Shown one piece after another: positions 1-11,544 of a stretch of DNA of 64,000 nt; the stretch's first letter is position 1; every line of letters starts with the position of its first letter. The notes beneath the pieces were generated by a model. It ran no database searches and was not told the DNA's origin. It saw only the letters and a list, made by a program, of their open reading frames with translations. Source of the stretch: Podarcis erhardii. Taxonomy: Eukaryota. A program made the translations under genes and the position numbers. The DNA is taken from the NCBI GenBank assembly GCA_964252035.1, contig OZ176207.1; one strand, written 5' to 3'.

Positions 1-288
1 CCGCCTCCCACGGTTGAGTCAGACTCATGCTGGTAGCTTCGAGAACACTGTCCAACCATCTTGTCCTCTGTTGACCCCTTCTCCTTGTGCCCTCAATCTT
101 TCCCAACATCAGGATCCTTTCCAGGGAGTCTTCTCTTCTCATGAAGTAGCCAAAGTATTGGAGCCTCAGCTTCAGGATCTGTCCTTCCAGTGAGCACTCA
201 GGGCTCTTTCCTTAAGAATGGATAGGTTTGATCTTCTTGCAGTCCATGGGACTCTCAAGAGTCTCCTCCAACTCCATAATTCAAAATC
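1..288 (-). mobile_element. Bov-B (RTE) LINE 3' fragment, cut by the window edge
   Basis: Nearly the same sequence as the Bov-B 3' region at ~53750-54040 (ctcatg..tagcttcgagaacactgtccaaccatcttgtcctctg). Confidence 0.88.
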
Positions 289-401
289 ATATAACAGAGC
301 TTTTAACCTGATCTTAAATTTCTTTTTTTCCCCCTGAACCACACTGATTTTCTCCAGTAATGGTTGCGATATTTCTTTGTTGCATTTCGTATTATTTTCA
401 G

Positions 402-566
402 GTTATGAAATTACTGGCATGGAAAATCTCCCTAAAGGACCAGGGATTATTATTTATCATCATGGAGTTGCTCCTCTCGGCTATGCCTTATTTGTGGCTA
501 GATATTTTTTAGAGACGGGGAGAGGGTGCTTTTCATTAATTCATCATGTCGCGTATTGGATACCAG
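402..566 (+). CDS. TMEM68: Paralog A catalytic-motif exon (165 nt)
   Basis: Acceptor ttttcAG at 400-401, donor GTaaat at 567; same length as the equivalent exons of B and C. Confidence 0.92.
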
Positions 567-3500
567 GTAAATTATTTAAATTTAAATCATGCTTTTTTAC
601 TTAAAACATGTAAAATATGACATAAAACAATGCTATAAGCTATGAAAAAAATGCTTTAAATTATAAAGCTGTATATGAGGAAAGCAGGTAAAAACAATTG
701 ATAAATAAAATAGCAGCAACAGGTGAAATAGTTTAGTTAGTGCAGATGAAGATACTTTCACACCAAGTCATTGCTAGTAAAAGAGAATGAATGCAGGATG
801 AATAATTATTTCCAGTTCAAAACTGAGTCAGCAGAAATGGTCTCCATGAAGAAATGCTGTGCTTTTCTGCCTACATTCTTCCCCAGAGATCTAAAAACTG
901 AGGAATCTGGATAATGTCATCTGATTCCTATGCTATGACTACAAGCTCTCATGTAATAATTGCTGTTCACTTTAATACCAGAACAGGGAAAGGCGTAGGC
1001 TTTGGGGTGTCTAAGTTGATGATTTCCTCAAGTACAAAGAGTTTTGCAAAGTTCAGTCATTAGTAAAGATGGGATATTCCTTACTGGAAAGAACAACGCA
1101 AAGTATGGGAATCTGCTTGGGAGCATCTGCACTAGCAAACCACCTGTGCAAAATCCTCTGTATTCAAACACCACTGGGTGGCAGCTGGGATGCAGTGGGA
1201 GCTACAGCTAAGGAAAAGGGCAGAAACCCAAGTGAAGCCCAAAAGACATGTCCGTGGCTTTCATAGCAAGTCCAACCTATCACCAAATCTGCACACAGAT
1301 CCCAGAAAACATGGCCCCACCCAAACACATAACCAATCAAGCACTCCCACACACATCTTTTATGCCCCCATGTGACACTGCAATCAAACACATGTGGCAC
1401 CCTTGCTGTAGTGTTCATGGCCCTCCACTGCCACTCCCCCCACATCATCTTCCTCTGCACGCACACAGCAGCCACACCAGGAAACTATGACATCACAGAA
1501 AGGTCATTTAAAGGAAGGAAGGAAGGAGGCCAAAGAGGCCCAGTAGCACAGAGCGCTGTTTGGAGTTTTTCCACTAGGTTAATTAATGCAGCATATAACC
1601 TCCACCCATATATCTGTGTACCAATCTCTGCTGGAGGTGGCGGTTTTCCATCAGCATAGTCTCCTCAGTTCCTTCTGTGTATCTCCTCCCCTCGCCTCCC
1701 GTGTGTGTGTCTACTGTATCCAAAAGCTCTGTACCCTAAAGGCATTGAAATTCCCCATCCATGAAATCATAGTTGAAATGGATGGCAGAGAGCTATGCTT
1801 GTGATCCATAATAGTGCAATATCTTTGGAATAATGGCACTTGTATTGTATCCACAGTATTTCCTAAATAAGTTTCACAAAAAACAGCATTCTTCTATTTG
1901 GAGCTTATTTTTTTCAGGGCTGCAGATGTTTTATTATGTGATCAGGTTGAAATCTTACAAGAAAGCTGAAATTGTGGAAATAATGAAGAAAGGCCATTTA
2001 CTGGGCATTGCACCTGGTGGAGGTAGAGAAGCACTGTATAGTCACGATTACTGCATAATGTGGGGTAAACGCACAGGTTTTGCTCAGGCAGCTTTGGAGG
2101 CGAAAGTGGTGAGTGATCTTTGTGCAATCTGCATTGCCTTCACGATTATCCTAGATAAGACGTAATGTGTTGACATCCTTGATCCAGCATCCAAAAAAGC
2201 TGAGGATGGCAAATATCCTGTTTGGGGGTCAAATGATATCTGGAGTGCCACAGGTCTCCCCACCCCTGCTTTAAAACAAACCTACTGAAATTCATGACAT
2301 TTAAAAAAGAAAAGCATTTTCCTTTTATCTTTCTTTTTATATATAATTTTATTTTAAAAATTTGTTTTAATGTTTAAAATACTCATTTTACATCCTTAAG
2401 ATATCAATGACTTCCTTTCTTCTCCTTTGATAGTTCATTTTACATATCATAAATCCTTGCATATTTTACAAAAACTATACTATTCAGTTTTCCATTATTG
2501 AATCCATCAAAACACATTACACTGCAGAATTTATCTTAATGCTGCCAGTCATCATCTATTTCAAGATCCTTCTCATAATATGTCTGGAGCACTCAGTCTT
2601 TGATATTTCTAGAATAAAAAAAGAACCATACAATCTCCTGGAAATGTTTTCTTCTTAGCATACGGGGATTTAACCCTGAAAGCATGATCAATAGCTTGAT
2701 GTACCTCCTGCTTTTGAGTCTCAAGAAGATTTGCAAGTGCCTCAATTATTTTATCCCTTATTGCTTCACCAGATTGCTGAGCAATAGATCTAAATCATAA
2801 AAGCATCTCTTTTTGCCTCAATTCAATTAAAGCCAAATTGTCTGCCAATAGTTCCCGAGATGCTATAGCTGCCGCCAGTTGAATCCAGGGGGGAGGAGTA
2901 TAAAAGTTTGAATGCTTTTTCTTGAAAAAGAAAGTTTTCAAAGTTCTTATCCCCCCCGTCCCCCTCCTTTTATTTCCGATGGCAGACTTTCTTTGTTTCC
3001 TTCAATGCTTCAGCCATCTGGTTCCCATGCAGGATAGTCACCAATTCTAGAGAAGACTCCCCTTTTGTTCTCCTGGAAGTTCGCCAAATTAATCCAAATG
3101 CTAAAGACACTTGAATAATAAATCCCCTTTTCCTTGGTTTTATTTTCTGGGAAATCTGCTAATCAAAAACTTGACCTGATTGAGCAAAACCAATGTGATT
3201 TTTGGATTCAGCGCATCAGATTCGTCCTAAATCAACTGAAAAAACGCAGACAACAAATTTGTTGTTGACCAGTGTAATAAATCCCTTTTTCCTTCGTTTT
3301 ATTATCTGGAGCCCAGAGATGACAGCTTGACAGCCGGGTTAGGCCAGCACCAAATGGAACCTCAGACCTGTTGGGAACTCGTTTTTGACTTCCACAGGAG
3401 CCCTCAGAGTCCTGGTCATCCCCAAGACCTTTTTTGGGTGCTCGTTGCCTACGAGCTGCCGCCAAACTCCAAAATGCAGCGGACGGTTGGCTGAACCTGG

Positions 3501-6500
3501 CTTCCTTTCCCCCTCAGGGCAAACCAGGAAATTCTTTTTTCCCCTTCAATTCCTGAAAATCTGGAGGACAGCTTCTGAATTTCTTCATCTGAGATATTTG
3601 AATAAATGTGTCAGGAATTTTAAAGCCAATTACATTATCATTTATGAGTTGCTTCTCATTATAATCTCAGATGTGAAGCATTCTTCATAGTCCATAACAA
3701 AAATAAAGGCAGGATGGTTTGGACAAAATAATTATCCACTCCTCACCTTTCTTTTCATGTTTGTTTCATCTTTTATTTTTTTAGCCCATCATCCCTATTT
3801 TTACACAAAACATTTGTGAAGCATACAGGACCATTGGAAAGACAAGTAAGTTAAATACCTTGGTTAATCAAGAGATCTCAGGCAATATACATTTTAATAC
3901 TATAGAATGATCTTTTAAAAAGAATATCTATTTACTACTCACGAATAGATTTTATAGGGACATGGGTGGCGCTGTGGGTTAAACCACAGAGCCTAGGACT
4001 TGCCAATCAGAAGGTCGGTAGTTCAAATCCCCGTGATGGGGTGAGCTCCCATTGCTTGGTCCCTGCTCCTGCCAACCTAGCAATTTGAAGGCACGTCAAA
4101 GTACAAGGTAGGTACCGCTCCAGCGGGAAGGTAAACTGCGTTTCCGTGCACTGCTCTGGTTCACCAGAAGTGGCTTAGTCATGCTGGCCACATGTCCTGG
4201 AAGCTGTCTGCGGACAAACGCCGGCTCCCTCGGCCAATAAAGCGAGATGAGAGCCGCAATCCCAGAGTCGGTCACAACTGGACCTAATGGTCAGGGGTCC
4301 CTTTACCTTTACTTAATATATTTTATTCCATGTCCACTTATCTGCAAAACTGTGCTGCCTGCCTCAGTACTGAGTGAACATGCCCTTGCTTAGTTTTCTA
4401 TTAGATTTAACAGAAAGCTATAATCGATAAATGTGGGAGCAACCCTAAAATGGAGGGGAACTGAACAGGAAACATACCATATTCTGTAGTCTATTGTACA
4501 CAACTTATGACTGATTGCAAAGAGCTGAGAAGAGCTGACTGAATATCTTGTACAGTGGTACCTCAGGTTAAGTACTTAATTGGTTCTGGAAGTCTGTACT
4601 TAACCTGAAGCGTTCTTAACCTGAAGCAGAAAGTAATGGAAAGTGGATTGATCCGCTCCAGATGATGAAAAAACACCCCCTAAAATAGCAATTTAACACA
4701 AATTTTACTGTTTCACAAGACCATTGATCCATAAAATGAAGGCAATAATCAATGTACTGTACTATAAAATAAATAAGACAGTATTTTAGATGAAAAGAAT
4801 TAAAATTTATTTCCAAACTCACTGTTTGGAGCGGGCTCAGGGTCCTCTTCCACAATCACAATTGGCTTGGCTTTTGGCATTCGTGGAGGCCTCAGAGAGC
4901 TCCTGGAGCCCAGTCGCAGAGCCTCTGCAGCCACCATGGATGTCGGGGCTTGGCTCCCGGCATTCGCGGAGCCGCTCTAGGCAGCGCAGATGTCAGGGCT
5001 TGGTTCCCTGCATTTGCAGAGGCCCCTGACAGCTCCGTAGGCTCTGCCGATGTCTGGGTTTGCCTCCAGGCAATGTCCTCCGAGAGCTTGGAAAACTTAC
5101 TTCCGGGTTACAATCCTTCGTAACCCAAAAAAACGTAAGTTGAAGCGCTCGTAACCCGAGGTACCACTGTATCTCTTTTCCCAAGCACTCATATTATTTA
5201 ACTCTTCCTCTCTTCCTATTTATTGCAATTGCTAAACACTGAGAATTTCAACTAATTTCAGATTTGATATGGTGTCGCTTTCCTTCAGAATCTTCTTCCA
5301 TTTCATACACAGGGCTGACAAAATGGCTGTATGATAAAACTCGATGTATGCTTCTTCCCATTTACGGAGGGTTTCCAGTGAAATTGAGGACATTTATTGG
5401 AGAACCCATCCCATATGATCCAAATATAACAGCTGTAGAGCTGGCTGAAAGAGTAAGTTAACTCTAAACTTGGAAGTTTAAAAGCAGAATGTTTCTTTTC
5501 CTCTTGGTTTCTCTCTCTTTCAGCTCTAAATTGTATTGTACATATTGATTTCCTCATTCTATATGACCTGATATAGGGTTCATTATATATACTTTTGTGC
5601 ATTATGCCCATCACTCAATTTCCCCTTTCCTTAACTTGTTGAGACTAATTAAATGGGGGGGGGGGAACTATGTGGTACAAAGATAGATCTGCTCATGCAA
5701 TGGGATTTCTTCTTCCCATTATACTAGGGTGGACTATACAAAATAATCAAATAATAGATCTTATTCTAATTGCTCCTCATGAAAATTTTGGTCAATTGCA
5801 TAAAAAGTTGTTGAGCTGAGCTTCTTTGGGCCATTGGTCAGAAAGTTGAGATTTGGGGGGGGGGCGGTTGCCCTCTCCCCACCCCAACTTCCCACAGGCG
5901 CAAAACAGAACCAGAGCCACTCACGTAGGCACCTGAAACAGCGCACACACAAATTCCCCCCCCCAACTCGGATATTTCCTTAAAATGGAAAAAAGAAACC
6001 CCCCAGATGGCCCCAGAAGGACCAGTCTGGGATTTCCCAAACATATGGCAACCCTACACAATGTGCCCCAGAATTTGCCTGACAAGGTGGCTCCAAGCCA
6101 CCCTAGTGCTAATTTTTGAGGATATGGAGAGGGTTGAAGAGGAAGACAATTTATTGTACATGTTGATATATGTTGCATGTACACACTGATGTGTGTTTAA
6201 GAGAGCATTGGATACAGCTTTGTTAAACGGTGCCATAATTCCTGACCAACTACCAAGCTATCAACTCTGAACCTGCAACACATATACTGTAATTTGTTAT
6301 ATTTCATGCATCAGGAAGCTCCTATATGAGATGCCGTTTCACTGAATACAATGTCAAACACAGATACCATTTGTATGGTATTACATTGCATGACTTATTC
6401 TACCTGCTCCTGCAGGGGATGATACACTTTCCCCCTTCCTCCAGGAAAACATTGGACTCTGAATCCCAAAGGGAGGGGGCTAAGGGGAGGAGCATGTAGG

Positions 6501-7228
6501 GTCCTGGTGGCTAATGGGAACAGGGTGGGAACATTGTTTAGTATGCCTGATCCTTCTCCAAGCACTTTCTGCTTGTTTACTTGCTGCATCAAGCTTCAGG
6601 TTTTGATTGCCTGTTTAAAGGGGCAGATAAGAAATTTCTTTCTGCAAGGGGTTATGCCTTGGTTGTCCTGAGGTTCACTCCTTTTATCCTACATTGTAAC
6701 AACCATGCAAGGTAGCTACTGTGTACAAAGCAGCCCAAGGCACATATGTTTGATTGTTTCTCTGCCATTCTCATACAGTGCTTTTGGTAAACATACAGAG
6801 AGTGGGCTGGATTCACTGAGAGATGAGCAGTTTCCTAGTGGGGGTTCCTCACCCTGGCTGCTCTGGCCCAACCCTCCATGTTGAAGAAACCACTTTTGAG
6901 GGTTGAGAGACAAGGACTCTCATGATGCAACACATCTCTGTGTACAAAGTCAGTTGTGTATCCCAGAAAGAAGTCACATATTGTGCTTCTATAGCTGGAA
7001 TAAATGGGTTGCCTCTGGTTCTGATCCCTTTAGCTTTTTCCTCACAGATATTAATAACTGTGAATACCTAATTTGCAATCTATTCCTATAACACAATGTA
7101 TTCCTCTGGTTTTCTTTCAACAGGCGAAGACTGCACTTGAAAATCTTCGGGATAAACACCAAAAAAGGCCAGGAAATATATTAAGAGCTCTATCAGAACG
7201 ATTTGATAAGCATTACAAAGCTAACTAG
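402..7228 (+). CDS. TMEM68: TMEM68-like paralog A (5'-incomplete; exons 402-566, 1918-2108, 3785-3845, 5313-5452, 7124-7228)
   Basis: Five GT-AG exons splice in frame to GYEITGMENLPKGPGIIIYHHGVAPLG...GHLLGIAPGGGREAL...GFAQAALEAKV-PIIPIFTQN...YGGFPVKLRTFIGEPIPYDPNITAVELAER-AKTALENLRDKHQKRPGNILRALSERF*. This is collinear with TMEM68. The first coding exon lies upstream of the window. Confidence 0.93.
1918..2108 (+). CDS. TMEM68: Paralog A exon (191 nt) containing PGGGREAL
   Basis: Acceptor ttttcAG at 1916-1917, donor GTgagt at 2109; one codon shorter than the 194-nt exons of B and C. Confidence 0.92.
2335..3560 (-). mobile_element. Degraded L1-clade element carrying ORF1 (HAL1-like); boundaries approximate
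   Basis: The minus strand reads LALIELRQKEMLL*FRSIAQQSGEAIRDKIIEALANLL...IDHAFRVKSPYAKKKTFPGDCMVLF, an L1 ORF1 coiled-coil/RRM pattern with stops. An A-rich tail follows near 2335-2390. Confidence 0.6.
3785..3845 (+). CDS. TMEM68: Paralog A exon (61 nt) PIIPIFTQNICEAYRTIGKT
   Basis: Poly-T tract plus AG at 3783-3784, donor GTaagt at 3846. Absent from the ORF track; read directly from the sequence. Confidence 0.92.
3957..4313 (+). mobile_element. Sauria SINE
   Basis: tRNA-like head gggacatgggtggcgctgtgggttaaaccacagagcc and tail gacctaatggtcaggggtccctttacctttac; matches the two other copies in the window. Confidence 0.9.
4553..5169. mobile_element. Tc1/mariner (Tigger-like) MITE
   Basis: TIRs CAGTGGTACCTC...GAGGTACCACTG with TA target duplication at 4551-4552 and 5170-5171. 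Confidence 0.88.
5313..5452 (+). CDS. TMEM68: Paralog A exon (140 nt)
   Basis: AG at 5311-5312, donor GTaagt at 5453; encodes LTKWLYDKTRCMLLPIYGGFPVKLRTFIGEPIPYDPNITAVELAER. Confidence 0.93.
7124..7228 (+). CDS. TMEM68: Paralog A last coding exon (105 nt including TAG)
   Basis: cAG at 7122-7123; AKTALENLRDKHQKRPGNILRALSERFDKHYKAN*; candidate polyA signal ATTAAA at 7295-7300. Confidence 0.9.
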   Translation, partial: AKTALENLRDKHQKRPGNILRALSERFDKHYKAN

Positions 7229-7541
7229 TCCATATAAAATAGTTGCAGTGTTCATGAGAAGGTGTCTGTAATAGGAAGCATTAATAATTATGTTATTAAA
7301 GCTAAGTTGATATACACAGGATTGTGCTGGATTTTATATGAATTATTTGGAAGGGTCCCTGGCTCAGTAGCTCAGCTGTGTGTGCAGAAGGTTCTACGTT
7401 TTTGAAGACGTACAAGTGCTTTTCTGCCCTATCCTGCAATATACCCAGAATTCCCCTTTTTGGGGAACTTGCACTAGTAGAGGCAGAATCGAAGAGTATA
7501 ACAAGTAGGCGAGTGTTTAACTAAACGTGAAATAATATTAC

Positions 7542-9155
7542 ATGTGAAAGAGTAATGTCTATAAATTACCTGTATTAAACAGTGGTACTTCTTTTATGTT
7601 TATAAAAGGGGGCTCCAAGATTTGAGCCCTATAATGCAAATCCTTTAAACCTATAGCAAGAAAAGTAGAGAAAACAAAAATACAGCTGGAATTGGTGAAA
7701 AAAGTGACTGATCTAACGAAAACAGCCAACTCACCTATGAATCTGGATCTGGTGCCCGCCCCACATTAGCACCGCCCCCCTGTTGAACACCCTCTTATCA
7801 GATGTCAAATAGATAAACAACTACACAACTTTCTGAAGACATCTGAAGGCAACCCTGCATCAGAAAGTTTTTAACTGATGATGTGTTGCTGTGTTTTTTA
7901 TGTTCTAAGCTGCCCAGAGTGATTGGAACAACTAGGCTTTTATTTTATTTTATTTTATTTTGTTTTATTTTTTAAATAATATTTATTAGAGTTTAAAGAT
8001 TACAAAAAGGAGGAAAAAGAATTAAACAAATCAATATAATAAAATACAAAAACAGAAACAAAAACACTACATGAAACATTGAATTAACAAAACAAAAACA
8101 ATTAAAAACACTTCCAATATTTTCAATCTTAACTTTCATTCACTTGTTTCATTGACTTCCTCACGCCTCCCTTTTTGTATTCCACTTCAATTAACTGTTT
8201 CAGCAGTTCCTTTCCATCTTCATCTATTTTCTGTCCTGTAATTAATCTTAACATATTCTAACCTTGTTTTTTCCCTTTAATACATTAACAATCTATCTGT
8301 ACCTAGTTCCTTATAACATTTCTGCCAAAGCCATATAACTTCATTCCACCATTTTTCTATAGCTCATTAATTTTACAATATTTCTGTAAATAATCTTTAA
8401 ATTTTTTCCAATCTTCTTCCACCGACTCTTCTCCCTGGTCTCGGATTCTGCCAGTCATTTCCACCAATTCCATATAGTCCATCAACTTCATCTGCCATTC
8501 TTCCCGGGTGGGTAAATCTTGTGTCTTCCAATACTTCACAATGAGTATTCTTGCTGCTGTTGTAGCATACATAAAGAAAGTTCTGTCCTTCTTTGGCACC
8601 AATTGGCCGACCATGCCCAGGAGAAAGGCCTCTGGTTTCTTCAGAAAGGTATATTTAAATACCTTTTTCATTTTGTTATAAATCATCTCCCAGAATGTCT
8701 TAATCCTTGGGCATGTCCACCAAAGGTGAAAGAATGTACCTTCAGTCTCATTACATTTCCAACATTTATTTTCGGGCAAATGGTAAATTTTTGCAAGCTT
8801 GACTGGTGTCATGTACCACCTGTAAATCATTTTCATTAAATTCTCTCTTAAAATGTGAAAGAGTAATGTCTATAAATTACCTGTATTAAAACAGTGGCAC
8901 TTCTTTTATGTTTATAAAAGGGTGCTCCAATATTTGAGCCCTGTAATGCAAATCCTTTTAAACTTATAGCAAGAAAAGTAGAGAGAGAGAAATACAGCTG
9001 GAATTGGTGAAAAAAGTGACTGATCTAACAAAAACAGCCAACTCAGCTATGAAGCTGGATCTGGTGCCTGCCCCGCAGTAGCACCGCCCACCATGTTGAA
9101 ACCAACTTATCAGATGTCCTATAGATAAATAACTACACAACTTTCTGAAGACATC
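7542..9155 (+). repeat. ~300-bp direct repeat pair (7542-7843 and 8853-9155) flanking the L1 fragment
   Basis: Both copies run from atgtgaaagagtaatgtctataaattacc to ctacacaactttctgaagacatc, with scattered substitutions and small indels. Confidence 0.92.
7938..8852 (-). mobile_element. L1 LINE, 5'-truncated (ORF2 C-terminus, 3' UTR and tail)
   Basis: ORF 8357-8836 encodes CWKCNETEGTFFHLWWTC, the L1 ORF2 cysteine-rich domain; (TTTTA)n tail at ~7938-7975. Confidence 0.9.
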
Positions 9156-9903
9156 CCTGTATCTTATTCCTTTGACAAAAAAGAGGTGTTGGTGACCAGT
9201 CTATAGTTGTTGCACTCTGTTTAGGTCTAGATGGAGTGTAGTGATCAGGTGGGATTGCTATGAGGAATTATAACAAATATAGAGTAAGCCATCTGTGTCA
9301 GCAATGAAAGCATTGCGTTGTCTGGGTTTAAACTATTTTGATATGATTCTTGATCAATCCACACCTCTGCATCCCTGTTCCATTTCTCTTTCTTCACCAG
9401 TCATGTACACTGCCAGTTGCTTCGCCAGGCAGGCATCCTGGGCCATAAAGATAGTGGGCAAGCTTCTTTGAAGGCCTTTCTGATATGTTAATCCCAGGAT
9501 GTTAATCTTAGGGCCAGGAAACAGATCTCACATGAAGGTGATAATGATCGCTGTCCTCCTGGCCATCCTTCTTATCATATATATTGCTTGTTTATCACCT
9601 CTGGGGTTGCCAAATGCTCTCCTTTGTAGTTCTGTTATTTATTTACCCCATGCCTAATTAGTTTTGGTAGTTTAACTTTCTCCCCACATGGATTTGTTGA
9701 AATGCTCAGAAGAAATCTGATTGGTTCTTACGAACACTCTGTAAAAAGTTCTTTTGTGAATAAAACAACCTGGGCCGAGGGGGCTGGAGACACAGACAGA
9801 GATTATTATACGTACCCTTCCCACAGTCTTGCTGGTTCAAGCCTCTGTGTGTATTCTCATTAATCAGAGTTCAATCCTTCCTTTACTTTGGGAACGCCTC
9901 AAG

Positions 9904-9920
9904 TGGTGCCCCGTGTGAGG
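9904..9920 (+). promoter_or_regulatory. Retroviral primer-binding site complementary to elongator tRNA-Met 3' end
   Basis: TGGTGCCCCGTGTGAGG is the reverse complement of CCTCACACGGGGCACCA (vertebrate elongator tRNA-Met 3' end, from memory) and sits 2 nt after the LTR-terminal CA. Confidence 0.8.
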
Positions 9921-10893
9921 CTAAGCTAAAAAGAAACATATGAGGCTTGTAAAAAAAAAAAAAACTCAGCGTGTGAGGCAAAGCAAAAGGAAACCTCAGC
10001 AAAAGGAAACCCCCAGGATTGGACTCCCCTCGGAGCTAGCAACCTGCTATCCCTTGGTCACGGTGGATCATCTCCTGCAAAACGATTCCCAGACTTAGGA
10101 TCTCATTCGCTCGGAACGAGCCCCAAAGACGTGCGTCTATACCCCTTCAGGTGAGATCATGGGAAGCAAGCTTTCACATGAGCAGGAAAAGCATAGGAAT
10201 AATTTGTTATTTTTGCTAGCTCAGGCAGGGCATGATAAGCATCTAGCACCCTTAGTAGAAAAAATGTTGTTAGGGATTGCTAGACTGTGCCCCTGATTTC
10301 CAGAGGGGGGTCCTTATGACATTAAGAAATGGAATGAGCTGGGAGATGCACTCCATAGACATCCTCAGGCATCTGTACAAGTTTTGCACACCTGGCATTT
10401 GTGTAGAGACGCAGTTGGAAAGCTCTCTAATGCTTTGCTCCAACCACCCGTTGTCTCTGTGAATGCTCCCACATTGTTGCAACCCCTAGCTGCTTTTAAA
10501 AATACCATAATATTGCTTCCCCCATCTCAGCCTCTAGATTTCAAGCCTCTCTCTGAGGTCATGCCAAATGTAATCAATTTCCAGTGGCACCTTCCTTTGC
10601 CAAAGATTTGCCTGGGTCGAATGTAAATTCCATGCCACCTTCTTTGTTGGACCAATGCCCGCAAGGGGCTCAGACCACAGTGCAAAAATTGGTTATTCCA
10701 AATATGGCAGAAGGAAGCAGTGAAGGAGAAATAGCTGACACCTTACCATTATTATCAGTCTGTCCTGTTGTTCAGAATGCACAGGAACAGAGAGCCAGTG
10801 AATCATTGCCCTTCGCAGTTTTTAAACAATTGAAGCAAAGTGTGACAGAAAATGGCTTGCATGGCATTCTTGATGGGCTAAGAGGAGCCAGTA

Positions 10894-11230
10894 CAGTGGT
10901 GCCTCGCAAGATGAAAAGAATCCGTTCCGCGATTCTCTTCGTCTAGCTGTTTTTTCGTCTTGCAAAGCAAGCCCATTGACGGCTTAGCGGATTAGCGCTA
11001 TTAGCGGTTTAGCGGCTTTTAGCGGCTTAGCGGATCAGCTGATAAGCAGCTTAGCGGCTTAGAAAAAGGGACGGAAAGGAAAAAAAACCTGCAGGAACTC
11101 GCAAGACATTTTCGTCTTGCGAAGCAAGCCCATAGGGAAATTCGTTTTGCGAAGCGCCTCCAAAACGGAAAACCCTTTCGTCTAGCGGGTTTTCCGTCTT
11201 GCGAGGCGTTCGTCTTGCGGGGCACCACTG
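10894..11230. mobile_element. Tc1/mariner MITE inserted in ERV gag
   Basis: TIRs CAGTGGTGCCTCGCAAGA...TCTTGCGGGGCACCACTG with TA on both sides; internal (TTAGCGG)-like repeats. Confidence 0.88.
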
Positions 11231-11420
11231 TACTTAAATTCCAAACCTTGAAGCCTCTGAAGTTTAAATGAAACAATTGGCTTATGAAAATGAAAATGCT
11301 GATTGCAAGACTGCTCTTAAAGCAAGTTATCAGAAGCCAGAAACAGATATTGCTCAAATGAGTAAGCCTTGCCAGAATATTGACACCGAGACTCACAAAT
11401 CTGCCCTCCTAGCAGCAGCT

Positions 11421-11544
11421 AGAAACTACAAACATGAGTCTGACCAAACTGCGGGAGACAGTGGAAGATAGGAGTGCCTGGCGTGCTCTGGTCCATGGGG
11501 TCACGAAGAGTCGGACACGACTAAACGGCTAAACAACAACAACA
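11421..11544 (+). mobile_element. Bov-B 3' terminal fragment inserted in ERV gag
   Basis: ...ggggtcacgaagagtcggacacgactaaacggctaaac(aac)n; 10-bp TSD AGCAGCAGCT at 11411-11420 and 11545-11554. Confidence 0.9.

Noticed and set aside
377-604. ORF-track proteins overlapping TMEM68 exons (e.g. 377-604, 1833-2165, 16383-16586, 48352-48657) taken as standalone genes
   Set aside because: They are single exons read through into intron sequence; the true boundaries are the splice sites listed above.
3957-4030. tRNA-like A/B boxes suggesting tRNA genes
   Set aside because: They are the tRNA-derived heads of Sauria SINEs and continue into the SINE body and tail.
7543-9152. The 300-bp repeats read TG...CA and could be LTRs of a small LTR element
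   Set aside because: There is no PBS after the first copy, no PPT before the second and no 4-6 bp TSD, and the interior is an L1 fragment.
9185-9690. Hydrophobic stretch (KVIMIAVLLAILLIIYIACL) upstream of the LTR end, possibly an env transmembrane remnant of a tandem provirus
   Set aside because: No polypurine tract before the LTR and no convincing env ectodomain motif; it could be LTR U3 or chance. Needs a homology search.
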